Shown here piece after piece: positions 11,501 through 23,969 of a stretch of DNA of 64,000 nucleotides. This DNA comes from Alphaproteobacteria bacterium. GTDB lineage: Bacteria > Pseudomonadota > Alphaproteobacteria > CALKHQ01. Location of the stretch: the NCBI GenBank assembly GCA_965227515.1, contig CBDDFZ010000001.1, positions 2,912,001 through 2,976,000 on the forward strand. Reading direction: 5' to 3'. Under the pieces are notes generated by a model. It had not been told where the DNA came from. It saw only the letters and a program-made list of their open reading frames with translations, and searched no databases. The first letter of the stretch is position 1; the number at the start of each line of letters is the position of its first letter. Position numbers and translations under genes: made by a program.

Positions 11501-14133
11501 GCCCTTGGTGACGTCCTCGGCGGTGGTGACGGCGGTCTGGACGGCGAACCGTCCGAAGATGGCGACACCGACCTTGTCGTGGACGTCGATGCGGCGGTTG
11601 GCGACGTGGCTGTCGAGGCGGACGCCGATGTGGTGCTCGATCCTGTTGAGGCCGTGGTCGGCGACATCGACATCGAGGTCGATGTGGATGCCGTTCTCGG
11701 CCAGGTCGACCAGCCCGGTGTCGTGGACGGTGCTCTTGGTGACGCCCTAGGCGGCGATGGCGGCGACGATCCGGTCGAGCAAGCGGCCGGCGATGTTCTG
11801 GACGCCGTGGACGGTGCCCTTGGTGACGTCCTCGGCGGTGGTGACGGCGGTCTGGACGGCGAACCGTCCGAAGATGGCGACACCGACCTTGTCGTTGACG
11901 TCGATGCGGCGGTTGGCGACGTGGCTGTCGAGGCGGACGCCGATGTGGCGCTCGATCCTGTTGAGGCCGTGGTCGGCGATATCGACATCGAGGTCGATGT
12001 GGATGCCGTTCTCGGCCAGGTCGATCAGCCGGGCGTCGTGGACGGTGTGGTTGGCGACGCGCTCGGCGATGGCGACGGCGGCGACGATCCGGTCGAGCAA
12101 GTAGCCGGCGATGTTCTGGACGCCGTGGACGGTGCCCTTGGTGACGCCCTCGACGGCGATGGCGGCGACGATCCGGTCGAGCAAGTGGCCGGCGATGTTC
12201 TGGACGCCGTGGACGGCGCCCTTGGCGATGCGCCAGGCGGCGACGGCGACGACGATCTGGTCGAGCAAGCGGCTGGCGATGTTCTGGGTGCCGTGGACGG
12301 TGCCCTTGGTGACGCCCTCGGCGGTGGTGACGGCGGCGACGATCCGGTCGAGCAAGCGGCCGGCGATGTTCTGGACGCCGTGGACGGTGCCCTTGGTGAC
12401 GTCCTCGGCGGTGGTGACGGCGGCCTGGACGGGGAACCGCCCGAGGATGGCGACACCGACCTTGTCGTTGACGTCGATGCAGCGGTTGGCGACGTGGCTG
12501 TCGAGGCGGACGCCGATGTGGCGCTCGATCCTGTTGAGGCCGTGGTCGGCGACATCGACATCGAGGTCGATGTGGATGCCGTTCTCGGCCAGGTCGACCA
12601 GCCCGGTGTCGTGGACGGTGTGATTGGCGACGCGCTCGACGGCGATGGCGGCGACGATCCGGTCGAGCAAGCGGCCGGCGATGTTCTGGACGCCGTGGAC
12701 GGTGCCCTTGGTGACGCCCTCGGCGGTGGTGACGGCGGCCTGGACGGGGAACCGTCCGAGGATGGCGACACCGACCTTGTCGTTGACGTCGATGCAGCGG
12801 TTGGCGACGTGGTTGTCGAGGCGGACGCCGATGTGGTGCTCGATCCTGTTGAGGCCGTGGTCGGCGACATCGACATCGAGGTCGATGTGGATGCCGTTCT
12901 CGGCCAGGTCGACCAGCCCGGTGTCGTGGACGGTGTGGTTGGCGACGCGCTCGACGGCGATGGCGGCGACGATCCGGTCGAGCAAGCGGCCGGCGATGTT
13001 CTGGACGCCGTGGACGGTGCCCTTGGTGACGCCCTCGGCGGTGGTGACGGCGGTCTGGACGGCGAACCGTCCGAAGATGGCGACACCGACCTTGTCGTGG
13101 ACGTCGATGCGGCGGTTGGCGACGTGGCTGTCGAGGCGGACGCCGATGTGGTGCTCGATCCTGTTGAGGCCGTGGTCGGCGATATCGACATCGGGGTCGA
13201 CGTGGATGCCGTTCTCGGCCAGGTCGACCAGCCCGGTGTCGTGGACGGTGCTCTTGGTGACGCCCTAGGCGGCGATGGCGGCGACGATCCGGTCGAGCAA
13301 GCTGCCGGCGATGTTCTGGACGCCGTGGACGGTGCCCTTGGTGACGTCCTCGGCGGTGGTGACGGCGGTCTGGACGGCGAACCGTCCGAAGATGGCGACA
13401 CCGACCTTGTCGTGGACGTCGATGCGGCGGTTGGCGACGTGGCTGTCGAGGCGGACGCCGATGTGGTGCTCGATCCTGTTGAGGCCGTGGTCGGCGACAT
13501 CGACATCGAGGTCGATGTGGATGCCGTTCTCGGCCAGGTCGACCAGCCCGGTGTCGTGGACGGTGCTCTTGGTGACGCCCTAGGCGGCGATGGCGGCGAC
13601 GATCCGGTCGAGCAAGCGGCCGGCGATGTTCTGGACGCCGTGGACGGTGCCCTTGGTGACGTCCTCGGCGGTGGTGACGGCGGTCTGGACGGCGAACCGT
13701 CCGAAGATGGCGACACCGACCTTGTCGTTGACGTCGATGCGGCGGTTGGCGACGTGGCTGTCGAGGCGGACGCCGATGTGGCGCTCGATCCTGTTGAGGC
13801 CGTGGTCGGCGATATCGACATCGAGGTCGACGTGGATGCGGTCGTCGCGCAAGTCGATGAGACTGAAAGCGGTATCCAAGACGCTGTCGGCGATACGGTC
13901 GCAAACCTGTTCGGTGGTGGCGATTCGGTGGACGGCTCGGCAGAGAGTGGCGAAACGTCCTGGCCGATCGACGACGATGAGGACAGTGGCCTGTTGTCGT
14001 CCGACGGTTTCGCCGATGTCGATACCGGGTGGGATGCCGACGATGCGCTCGCCGATCCCGACGCCGGCGACAGCTTTGGCCCAGCCCTGTTGGATGTGCC
14101 GGACTCCGGCGGCAGCGGTAGCGGCTGGTTCGT

Positions 14134-14137
<4 letters not shown>
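8543..14137 (+). CDS. giant acidic repeat protein, probable T1SS substrate
   Basis: 1864 aa, D/V/G/A/E-rich, no signal peptide, GGDGDDDLV/GGDGGDDLV RTX-like nonapeptides; stop overlaps the ABC gene start. Confidence 0.8.
10620..13845 (+). repeat. intragenic tandem repeats: ~315-bp (105 aa) unit x9 plus ~81-bp subunits
   Basis: DGDTDLVVDVDAAVGD recurs at ~10931, 11246, 11561, 11876, 12449, 12764, 13079, 13394, 13709. Confidence 0.95.
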
Positions 14138-15923
<1,786 letters not shown>

Positions 15924-15927
<4 letters not shown>

Positions 15928-18125
15928 CGTCGGTGGCGCAGGCAATACCCGCGGCCGGCCTGGCCGTCGACCGCCTGGTCGAGCAGCTTCGCCATGCCCG
16001 TTGGGTGGACATGGAAGACGGCGCACTGCCCTGGGCCCGCGCCGTGTGTGCGTTGCTATTGGCCCAGAAGCGCCAGATCGCAACGGCGGAGATTCTGGAC
16101 GCGCTGCCGGATCGCACGACCGGCATCGACTTCCCGGATGCGCTGAACATGCTGGCGAATCTGGGTTTTGGGCCGGCATCGATGCGGCGTGCCCCCAGCC
16201 GCATCGATGCCAGGCTCTGCCCCTGCCTCTTCCTGTCGGACCGTGAGCCCGACGCGCCCCTGGTGGTGCTCGCCAGGACGACCGCCGGCCTCTCGGTATT
16301 CGACCCGGTCACCGGGCAGGTGCGCACCATGTCGCCCGACGACCCGGCTTGCATGGAGCAGGGCCGCGCCATCGTCGTGCCGCGGCAGCCTGCGGTCGAT
16401 GTGCTGAGTGCCAGCGCTCGCCGCGCTGGCTCTGAGCTTTCCTGGTTCCGGGCCCTGTTGGGCCGGTTCTCCGGGTTGTTCTGGCAGATCATGGCGACCG
16501 GCCTGTTGCTGAACATCATGGCGCTGGCGCTGCCGATCTTCATCATGCTGGTCTACGATCAGGTGATCGGCCCCGGCGTTGACGACACGCTGCATCACCT
16601 GGTCTTTGGGGTGGTGCTTGCCGTGTGCGCCGAAATCCTGATGCGCGACAACCGCAGCCAGGGCGTGGCTTGGCTGGCCGGCCGGCTGGACAACATCGTC
16701 GGCAACCAGATCTTCGCCCGCCTGGTCGGCCTGCCGCCGGCGGAGATCGAGCGTGCGACGGTGGCGGCACAGGTCGCGCGCATCAAGACCTTCGAATCCG
16801 TGCGCGATTTCTTTTCCGGGCCGCTGTTCCTGTCTCTGCTGGAGATCCCGTTCGTTCTGGTCTCCTTCACCGCCATGGTGGTGCTCGGTGGCTGGCTCGC
16901 GGTGGTGCCGCTGGTGGCGATTGCCACGTTTGCTGTGTTGTTCGTCATGGTTCGAAGGCCGATCCGTGTGGCGATACGCCGGGCCGCCAAGGCCAGCTCG
17001 GCGCGGCAGCGCTTCGCCATCGAGACTTTCGAGAAGCTGGCCGCGATCCGCAGCAACGGCATGGTGGATCTGTGGCGCGAGAAGTACCGGCAGTGTTCCG
17101 GGCGCGAGTGCATGGCGCACCTGCGGCTGCGCCAGATTGGTGGCCTGGTTGAGGTCGCGTCCATTTCGGTCACAGTCCTGGCCGGCGTGGCGACGGTGGC
17201 CCTGGGGGTCTACCTGGTCTGGGGCGGCGCGCTCAGTTCCGGCGGCCTGGTGGCCGGCATGATCCTGGTCTGGCGCATCGTCGCGCCATTCCAGAGCCTG
17301 TGCATGGCCGCGCCTCGGTTCGAGCAACTTCGCAGCAGCATCATCCAGGTCAACGCTTTGATGGACGTGCCGCTGGAAACCGAGAGTGCTCAGTCGACCC
17401 GCCTGGTCGGCATGCGTGGTGATGTGGCCTTCAGCAATGTCGAGCAGCGCTACGCGGAAGGCGACGATCCCGCGCTGAACGGCGTTTCGTTCAACGTGCC
17501 GGCTGGCGCCATGGTCGCGGTCACCGGACGCAACGGGTCGGGCAAGTCGACGGTGCTGAAGCTGGTCAAGGGCCTGTATCGCGCAGATGGCGGCGCGGTC
17601 GCCATTGACGGCGTCGACGTGCGCCAACTCCACCCCATCGACCTTCGCCGCCGCGTTGCCTACATGCCGCAGGTGCCTTTCTTCTTCGGCGGCACGGTCT
17701 TGGAGAACCTGCTTGCCGGCAATCCGATGGCAACTCTGGACGATGTGGACGCGATGCTGGACGTGTGCGGCGTTGCCGAGGACGTCGCCGCACTGCCGCA
17801 AGGCCTGCGCACGCGCATCGGCGACGACGGCGGCCACGCGCTCACATCCGGCATGGCGGCACGGCTGTCGCTCGCGCGCACGCTTCTGCAGGACGCACGC
17901 ATCGTCCTGATCGACGAGGTGCCGAACACCATGATGTCCGGTGCGTCGGGGGAGCGGATACTGGCGTATCTGCGCACCCACAAGGCCGACGCCACGATCT
18001 TCATCGTTACGCATCGGGAGGACCTGCTGGCCTTGGCGGACGTCACGGTGACGTTGCGCCGTGGTGCGCCGGCGGTCGTCTCGGAGCCATCCACCACGCC
18101 TGTGTTGAAGGAGTCAGCGGCATGA
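15924..18125 (+). CDS. type I secretion ABC transporter with N-terminal C39-like extension
   Basis: LALPIFIMLVYDQV, GRNGSGKST, IVLIDE, VTHR. Confidence 0.9.
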
Positions 18126-19522
18126 GTCGTGGAACAGCCATGGGACCAGCCAAGGCACCAGCCAAGGGACCAGCCATGGGACTAGCCAAGGGACTGGCCA
18201 TGTTGCGGCGCAGCCGGAACGACGACCAGTTGCGCTACATGGCGCAGTCGGTCCGGCTGGAGGAGACGGTTCGTCCGCGCCTGGTGCGCAGCACGATGCT
18301 GCTGATCGGCGCGTCGGTGCTGGTCTTTATCGTCTGGGCCAGCCAGGCGAGCGTCAACGAGCTGGCGACCGCGGCGGGCGAAGTGGTGCCGCAGGGGTTG
18401 CCCCAGTCACTGCAACATCTGGAAGGCGGCATCGTCGAGGCGATCCAGGTCCGCGAGGGCCAGCAGGTGGAGCGTGGCGACGTGCTGGTTCGCTTGTCTG
18501 GCGCCGGGGTGCACGAGGACCTGGAACAGGCATTGCGGGCCGAGGTGTCGCTCAGGATGGATGCCATCCGCCTGCGCGCCTACGTCGAGAACCAACCCAT
18601 CGACCTCTCCGACTTCGCCGACGACTTTCCGGAGATGGCGGCGGACCAACTGGCGCTGTTCAACGCCATGCTGACGGCCCGCGACGAGGAACGGGCGGTT
18701 CTGGCCGCGCAAACCGCACAGCAGGAAAACCGCTTGAGTATCCGCCAGTCGGAGCTGCAAACCGCGCGCGACAGCCTGGCGCTGACCCAGGACTTGCACC
18801 AGCGGCAGATGGCGCTGGCCCAGCAGGGCTATTTCGCCGAGACCGCCGTGCTGGAAACCCGCCGTGAGCTCACCCGCATCCAGGGCGAGGTTGCGGTGCT
18901 GGAACGCGAGGTCGACGTCGCGACCGACGCGTTGCTGGAAACCAATGTCCGGCTCTCGTCGCTCAATGCCCGTCTGGCGAATGAGAGCCGGGAACGCCTG
19001 GCGCTGACCGAGGTCGCACTCGCCCAGACGCGAGAGCAGGTGGACAAGCTGGCCGACCGCGTGCAGCGGCTGGACGTGCGCGCCCCTGTCGGCGGACTGG
19101 TGACCGCCATCAACATCAACACTGTCGGCGCCGTTGTGCAGCCCGGCGAGACGTTGATGCAGATCCTGCCGTTGGATCGTCCTTTGGTGGTGCAGCTGTC
19201 GATTTCGCCCCGCCATATCGGCCACATCGTGCCCGGGCAGTCTGTGAATCTGAGCTTCTCGACGTTCGATTCCGCCCAGTACGGCACCGTGGACGGCGTG
19301 CTGGATTCGATCTCGGCCACCACGTTTACCGGAAATCGCGGCGAGCCCTATTACCGCGCGGAAGTGGCGCTGGCGCAGAACTACGTCGGCGACAATCCGC
19401 TCGACCGCGTCGTCGCCGGCATGACGGTTAGCGCCGACATCGTGACTGGCGAGAAGACAGTGCTGGAATTCCTGCTGAAGCCGATCCAGCAGTCGCTGCA
19501 AAGCTCGTTTTCGGAGCGCTAG
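18122..19522 (+). CDS. HlyD-family T1SS membrane fusion protein
   Basis: LQHLEGGIVEAIQVREGQQVERGD, VRAPVGGLV, GMTVSADIVTGEKTVLEFLLKP; start uncertain (several ATGs 18122-18199). Confidence 0.93.
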   Translation: MSRGTAMGPAKAPAKGPAMGLAKGLAMLRRSRNDDQLRYMAQSVRLEETVRPRLVRSTMLLIGASVLVFIVWASQASVNELATAAGEVVPQGLPQSLQHLEGGIVEAIQVREGQQVERGDVLVRLSGAGVHEDLEQALRAEVSLRMDAIRLRAYVENQPIDLSDFADDFPEMAADQLALFNAMLTARDEERAVLAAQTAQQENRLSIRQSELQTARDSLALTQDLHQRQMALAQQGYFAETAVLETRRELTRIQGEVAVLEREVDVATDALLETNVRLSSLNARLANESRERLALTEVALAQTREQVDKLADRVQRLDVRAPVGGLVTAININTVGAVVQPGETLMQILPLDRPLVVQLSISPRHIGHIVPGQSVNLSFSTFDSAQYGTVDGVLDSISATTFTGNRGEPYYRAEVALAQNYVGDNPLDRVVAGMTVSADIVTGEKTVLEFLLKPIQQSLQSSFSER

Positions 19523-19566
19523 CCGCCAAAACGTCAAGTGCCTTTGGAGAACTGGGAGTTACCGAC

Positions 19567-20496
19567 GTGCATGGGAATTCGCCTGACCGAGCATTGAATG
19601 TTCTTGTCGTGGAGGATAGCCGGATTGAACGGGCATTCCTCGAGGCTCAGATAACCGACCTGGGCCACGCCCCCACCGGCGTTGAGTCGGCGGACGATGC
19701 CCTGGCGCACCTGGCGACGGAGGATGTGTCCGTCGATGTGGTGCTGACCGACCGGATGATGCCCGGCATGGACGGGCTCGAGTTCGTCAAGCAGATCAAA
19801 CGCGATCGACGCATGCGCAACGTGCCCATCATCATGGTCACCGGCGCAGACGCCAGCGCCGACATTTCCGAAGGCCTGAACGCGGGGGTGTTCTATTACC
19901 TGCCGAAGCCGGTGGACGAAGAGGTGCTACGCTCGGTCCTGGGCGCGGCAACCCGGACCGCGGTGCAGGCGCGCAACCTGGGCGACGAACTGAAGCGGCA
20001 CCGCCACGCATTCAGCCTGATCGGCACGCTGAAAGGCAGGTTCCGGACCCTGGAAGAGGCGGAGGCGCTGTCGCTGTTCGCTGCGAACTGCTTCCCGGAG
20101 CCGGAGACGGCGGTCCACGGCATCATGGAACTCGCCATCAATGCGGTGGAGCACGGCATCCTCCGGATCGGTTTCGACGCCAAGTCGAAGCTGCTGGCCG
20201 AGGATAGATGGGTCAGCGAGGTGCAGCGTTTGTGCGCGGCCCCGGAGTTCGCGGACCGGCATGCCGAGCTGGCCCTGCTGCGCCAGGACGGAAAGGTCCA
20301 CGTTGTGATTACGGATCCGGGCGAAGGGTTCGAATGGCGGCGCTTCCTTTCGATCGATCCGGCCAGGGCCAGCCAAAGCCATGGACGCGGCATCGCCCGT
20401 TCCGCGGCGACGTGCTTCGACGCCGTCAGCTACAACGACGTTGGCAACCGGGTCGTCGCGACCTCGGGCCAGCCGCGCACCGGCTTCTGGCAATAG
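19567..20496 (+). CDS. response regulator with C-terminal HATPase_c (anti-sigma/RsbW-like) domain
   Basis: REC: VVEDS, TDRMMPGMDG, YLPKP; then ELAINAVEHG, ITDPGEGF, SHGRGI. Confidence 0.85.
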   Translation: MHGNSPDRALNVLVVEDSRIERAFLEAQITDLGHAPTGVESADDALAHLATEDVSVDVVLTDRMMPGMDGLEFVKQIKRDRRMRNVPIIMVTGADASADISEGLNAGVFYYLPKPVDEEVLRSVLGAATRTAVQARNLGDELKRHRHAFSLIGTLKGRFRTLEEAEALSLFAANCFPEPETAVHGIMELAINAVEHGILRIGFDAKSKLLAEDRWVSEVQRLCAAPEFADRHAELALLRQDGKVHVVITDPGEGFEWRRFLSIDPARASQSHGRGIARSAATCFDAVSYNDVGNRVVATSGQPRTGFWQ

Positions 20497-20499
20497 ACC

Positions 20500-23214
20500 A
20501 TGGTCAGCTTCATCAAGGCATCGCCCCTGCGGCGCATCACGGCGTTTGTGGCAGCGTTCCTGGCCATCTCCGCCAACGTCTATCTTTTCACTCAATCCTT
20601 GGACGCCGCTGCGCCGGGTTGGATCGTTCAGGCAACCGCGGTGTTCGATGCGCTGATGGTCCTGTTGCTCCTCGCCATAGCCGTCTGGTCGTTCTCACGT
20701 TCGGCACAAACCGAGGCGCTGAAGTCGGAGGCCGAATTGCGGTCTCGCCAACGGGATGAATTGTTCGACCGGTTCCTGGAGATGCTGCCGTGCGCGGTCT
20801 TGGTGAAGGACGTGCCCGCAGGCTACGTCTTTTCGCACTGGAACCAGATGTCAGCCGACATTCTGGGCGTATCGCGAGAGGATGCGATCGGCCGAACGGA
20901 CTTCGATATCTGGCCGACTGATGAGGCAGAAGTCTTTTACGAGATCGACAAGGCGGCCTGCGAGCGCAACGAGACGATTGATATTCCGTGTGAAATTCTG
21001 ACCACCAAGAATGGCACAAAAAAACTGCATACCCGCAAAACGCCTGTTGCGGACGAGAATGGCGACCCGCGTTACTTGTTCGTGGTGATCGAGGATGTCA
21101 CCGAGCAAATGAACCAGCTCGACGAATTGGACAAATACCGCGACACACTGGAACAGCAGGTGGCGGAGCGGACCAAGGAACTGAACGACGCCTTGATCGA
21201 GGCGGAGGAGGCCAACCGGCACAAGTCGGCCTTTCTTGCTTCTGTCAGCCACGAGATGCGGACGCCCATGAACGGCATCATGGGCATGGGCGAGCTGCTG
21301 AACCGGACCACTATGACACCGGCGCAGCGGCGTTACGCGACCCAGATCCAGTCATCCGCCGAGCAACTCATCAAGCTCATCGAGGACCTCCTCGATCTCT
21401 CCAAGATCGAGGCCGGACGCATGGAACTCGATCCCCAGCCGATGGAGCTGGACGCGCTGTTCCGGGACCTGGCGAGCCATTGGAGAATCCGCCTGCAGGA
21501 CAATCCGGTCAAACTGTCGGTGCGGATCGCGGAAGGCGTGCCCAACAACATCGTGGCCGACAAACAGCGCCTGCGTCAGATCCTGACCAACCTTGTCGGC
21601 AATGCGTTCAAGTTCACCAAGTCTGGCTCGATAACGGTAAGTGCTACCCTGGAGCACGATGAGTTTGGCGAAGTGTTGTGCATGTCGGTGCGCGATACCG
21701 GCATTGGTATCGACCCGGCATCACACGACAAGGTGTTCGAATCGTTCCGCCAGGCCGACGCTTCGACCACCCGTCAGTATGGCGGCACGGGCCTGGGCCT
21801 CGCCATCACCGGTCAGTTGGTGAACATGATGTACGGCAAGGTCTCGCTTGAGAGCGAGCTTGGCAAGGGCGCCTGTTTCGAGGTGCGCATACCGCTGGAG
21901 CGCGCAGCGGTACGGGGAGGCGCAGGCGGTGCGGTCCCTGACGTTTCCTGGCGCGAGATGATGCCGGATGCGAACGAACTGGACGAAAAGGCGGCTTCCG
22001 AGACCGGGGATGTGGCGCCGAACGCATTTGCGGGACTGCGCGTCCTTGTTGCCGAGGACAACCGCGTCAACATGGCGTTCCTGGCCGAGACGCTCGAACT
22101 TCTGGGGTGCGAATACGACGTGGCGAGCACCGGCAAGGAGGCCGTGGAAATGGCCGAACGGTCGGTCTACGACCTGGTGCTGATGGATTGCATGATGCCG
22201 GAGATGGATGGTTTCGAGGCCACCCAATCGATCCGCGCGATAGATGGCGGCCAGGGTTGCAGCCCGAACGTCCCGATCGTCGCGCTAACGGCAAATGCGA
22301 TGAAAGGAGATCGGGACCGGTGCCTGCAGGCCGGCATGAACGACTATCTGAGCAAACCGCTGCGCGGCAAGAAATTGCAAGACATGATCGGCAAGTACTT
22401 CACCCATGGCGGCGGCCTGTTGGCTATTGCGACCGACCATTGGCCCGAGGACGCGAGCGAAGCTGGCGGCGACGAGCTTGAATTCGAGGTGGATATCGAC
22501 GTCGAGGCGGATATCGACGTCGAGGCTGGGGCGGATAGCGAGAGCGTTGCCGGCGATGAGCTCACTCTGGATGCGTTGGAAGTCACCGCGGAACCGGCGC
22601 CCGACTGGCAGCCAGAACGACAGATCAACATGCTGGTGTCTCCCGAGGTTTCTCCACCAGCGCCGGCGGAGGCTGAGATGCCCGACAGATCGGCGCCGAA
22701 TGGCACCTCGCATCATCCGATCCCGGTATCGCAAGACCGCGCGACGAAGAATGTTGACATGCCGCTGAACGCTACATCCCAAGAGATGCCGCAGTCGCCT
22801 GAGCCTGAGCCTGAGTCTGAGCCGGAGCCGGAATCGGAGCCGGCGCATGGCGGCGATGGGGAGGGCGTGCTGGACGAGAAATTGGTGCGCCGCGCGCTCG
22901 ACACCATGCGCAAACAGTTCGCGACGATCCTCGACTGCTACTATGAGGACGCCGAGCAGATGATCGAGACGATCCAGGGCACCGGCGACGACATCGATGA
23001 AGTCGTCCGTGCGGCGCACACGCTGAAGTCGATGAGCATGCAGATGGGCGCGGTGGCCATCGCGGGGCGGGCGCGCGACCTGGAGCGTCAGGCGAAGGAG
23101 GTCGCGGCGGACGGCGGCCTGGAGAAATGGGCCGAGACGGGGCCGGATGCCGCGGCGGCGCTGTCGGACCTGATGACCCGCACGCGCAGCGCCTTCGAAA
23201 CCTACGCGCAGTAG
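20500..23214 (+). CDS. hybrid sensor histidine kinase (TM-PAS-HisKA-HATPase-REC-Hpt)
   Basis: SHEMRTPMNG, NLVGNAFKFT, GGTGLGL, LMDCMMPEMDG, AAHTLKS. Confidence 0.95.
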   Translation: MVSFIKASPLRRITAFVAAFLAISANVYLFTQSLDAAAPGWIVQATAVFDALMVLLLLAIAVWSFSRSAQTEALKSEAELRSRQRDELFDRFLEMLPCAVLVKDVPAGYVFSHWNQMSADILGVSREDAIGRTDFDIWPTDEAEVFYEIDKAACERNETIDIPCEILTTKNGTKKLHTRKTPVADENGDPRYLFVVIEDVTEQMNQLDELDKYRDTLEQQVAERTKELNDALIEAEEANRHKSAFLASVSHEMRTPMNGIMGMGELLNRTTMTPAQRRYATQIQSSAEQLIKLIEDLLDLSKIEAGRMELDPQPMELDALFRDLASHWRIRLQDNPVKLSVRIAEGVPNNIVADKQRLRQILTNLVGNAFKFTKSGSITVSATLEHDEFGEVLCMSVRDTGIGIDPASHDKVFESFRQADASTTRQYGGTGLGLAITGQLVNMMYGKVSLESELGKGACFEVRIPLERAAVRGGAGGAVPDVSWREMMPDANELDEKAASETGDVAPNAFAGLRVLVAEDNRVNMAFLAETLELLGCEYDVASTGKEAVEMAERSVYDLVLMDCMMPEMDGFEATQSIRAIDGGQGCSPNVPIVALTANAMKGDRDRCLQAGMNDYLSKPLRGKKLQDMIGKYFTHGGGLLAIATDHWPEDASEAGGDELEFEVDIDVEADIDVEAGADSESVAGDELTLDALEVTAEPAPDWQPERQINMLVSPEVSPPAPAEAEMPDRSAPNGTSHHPIPVSQDRATKNVDMPLNATSQEMPQSPEPEPESEPEPESEPAHGGDGEGVLDEKLVRRALDTMRKQFATILDCYYEDAEQMIETIQGTGDDIDEVVRAAHTLKSMSMQMGAVAIAGRARDLERQAKEVAADGGLEKWAETGPDAAAALSDLMTRTRSAFETYAQ

Positions 23215-23225
23215 GGCGCGCGCAC

Positions 23226-23939
23226 CTACATCGTGACGTCGTCGCGGCAGTTGACCACCAGTTCGGCGACCGACGCGTTGTTGGAGAGGCCGAGCAGCAT
23301 CAGGACGACGCTGGCGATGTCGCCGGGCTCCATCATCTGCTCGTGTGGGAAGGTCGCGACGTCGGCGGTCATGTCGGTGGCGACGAAGCCGGGGCAGAGC
23401 GCGGTGCAGCGCACCCCGTCGTCCCAGCCGGCGCGGCGGGTGGCGTGCGACATGGCGACAGCCGCGAACTTGCTCATCGCGTAGCCGACATTGTTGTTGT
23501 AGACGGCCTTGCCGGCGATGGAGCAGACGTTGATCACGCGCCCCGACCCGCAGGCGCGCAGGTGCGGCAGCGCGTTGCGGATCATCGACAGCGGCGCCTT
23601 CACGTTGACCGCCCACATCCGGTCCAGGTCGTCGTCGTTGTCGTCCTCCACCGTGACGCGCACCACCATGCCGGCATTGTTGACCAGGCCGTCGATGCGG
23701 CCGAAACGCTCGGCGGTCGCCGCGGCCCAGGCGGCGTGGGTGGCCTTGTCCTCACCGTCATAGCGGTGGGTCATGACGCGGTCCGGCTGCCAGCCCTCGA
23801 TCACCGGCGCCAGGCTTGCGGTGTCGCGCGCGCCAAGGCTCAGCGTGTAGCCGGCATCGTACAGCGCCTCGGCAATGGCGCGGCCGATGCCCCGGTTGGC
23901 GCCGGAGATCATGATCACCCGGCCTTCAGATGTCAGCAT
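23226..23939 (-). CDS. short-chain dehydrogenase/reductase
   Basis: SGANRGIG, NNAG, YAMSK. Confidence 0.93.
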   Translation of the reverse strand: MLTSEGRVIMISGANRGIGRAIAEALYDAGYTLSLGARDTASLAPVIEGWQPDRVMTHRYDGEDKATHAAWAAATAERFGRIDGLVNNAGMVVRVTVEDDNDDDLDRMWAVNVKAPLSMIRNALPHLRACGSGRVINVCSIAGKAVYNNNVGYAMSKFAAVAMSHATRRAGWDDGVRCTALCPGFVATDMTADVATFPHEQMMEPGDIASVVLMLLGLSNNASVAELVVNCRDDVTM

Positions 23940-23969
23940 GCGAAAGGCCCCTTCGTGCTGGGGTGATGC

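Noticed and set aside
10620-13845. Possible CRISPR-like array
   Set aside because: Units are in-frame coding repeats without unique spacers; no cas genes nearby
22480-22530. EVDIDVEADIDVEA in the kinase linker resembling the giant-protein repeat
   Set aside because: Short low-complexity similarity; insufficient evidence of homology
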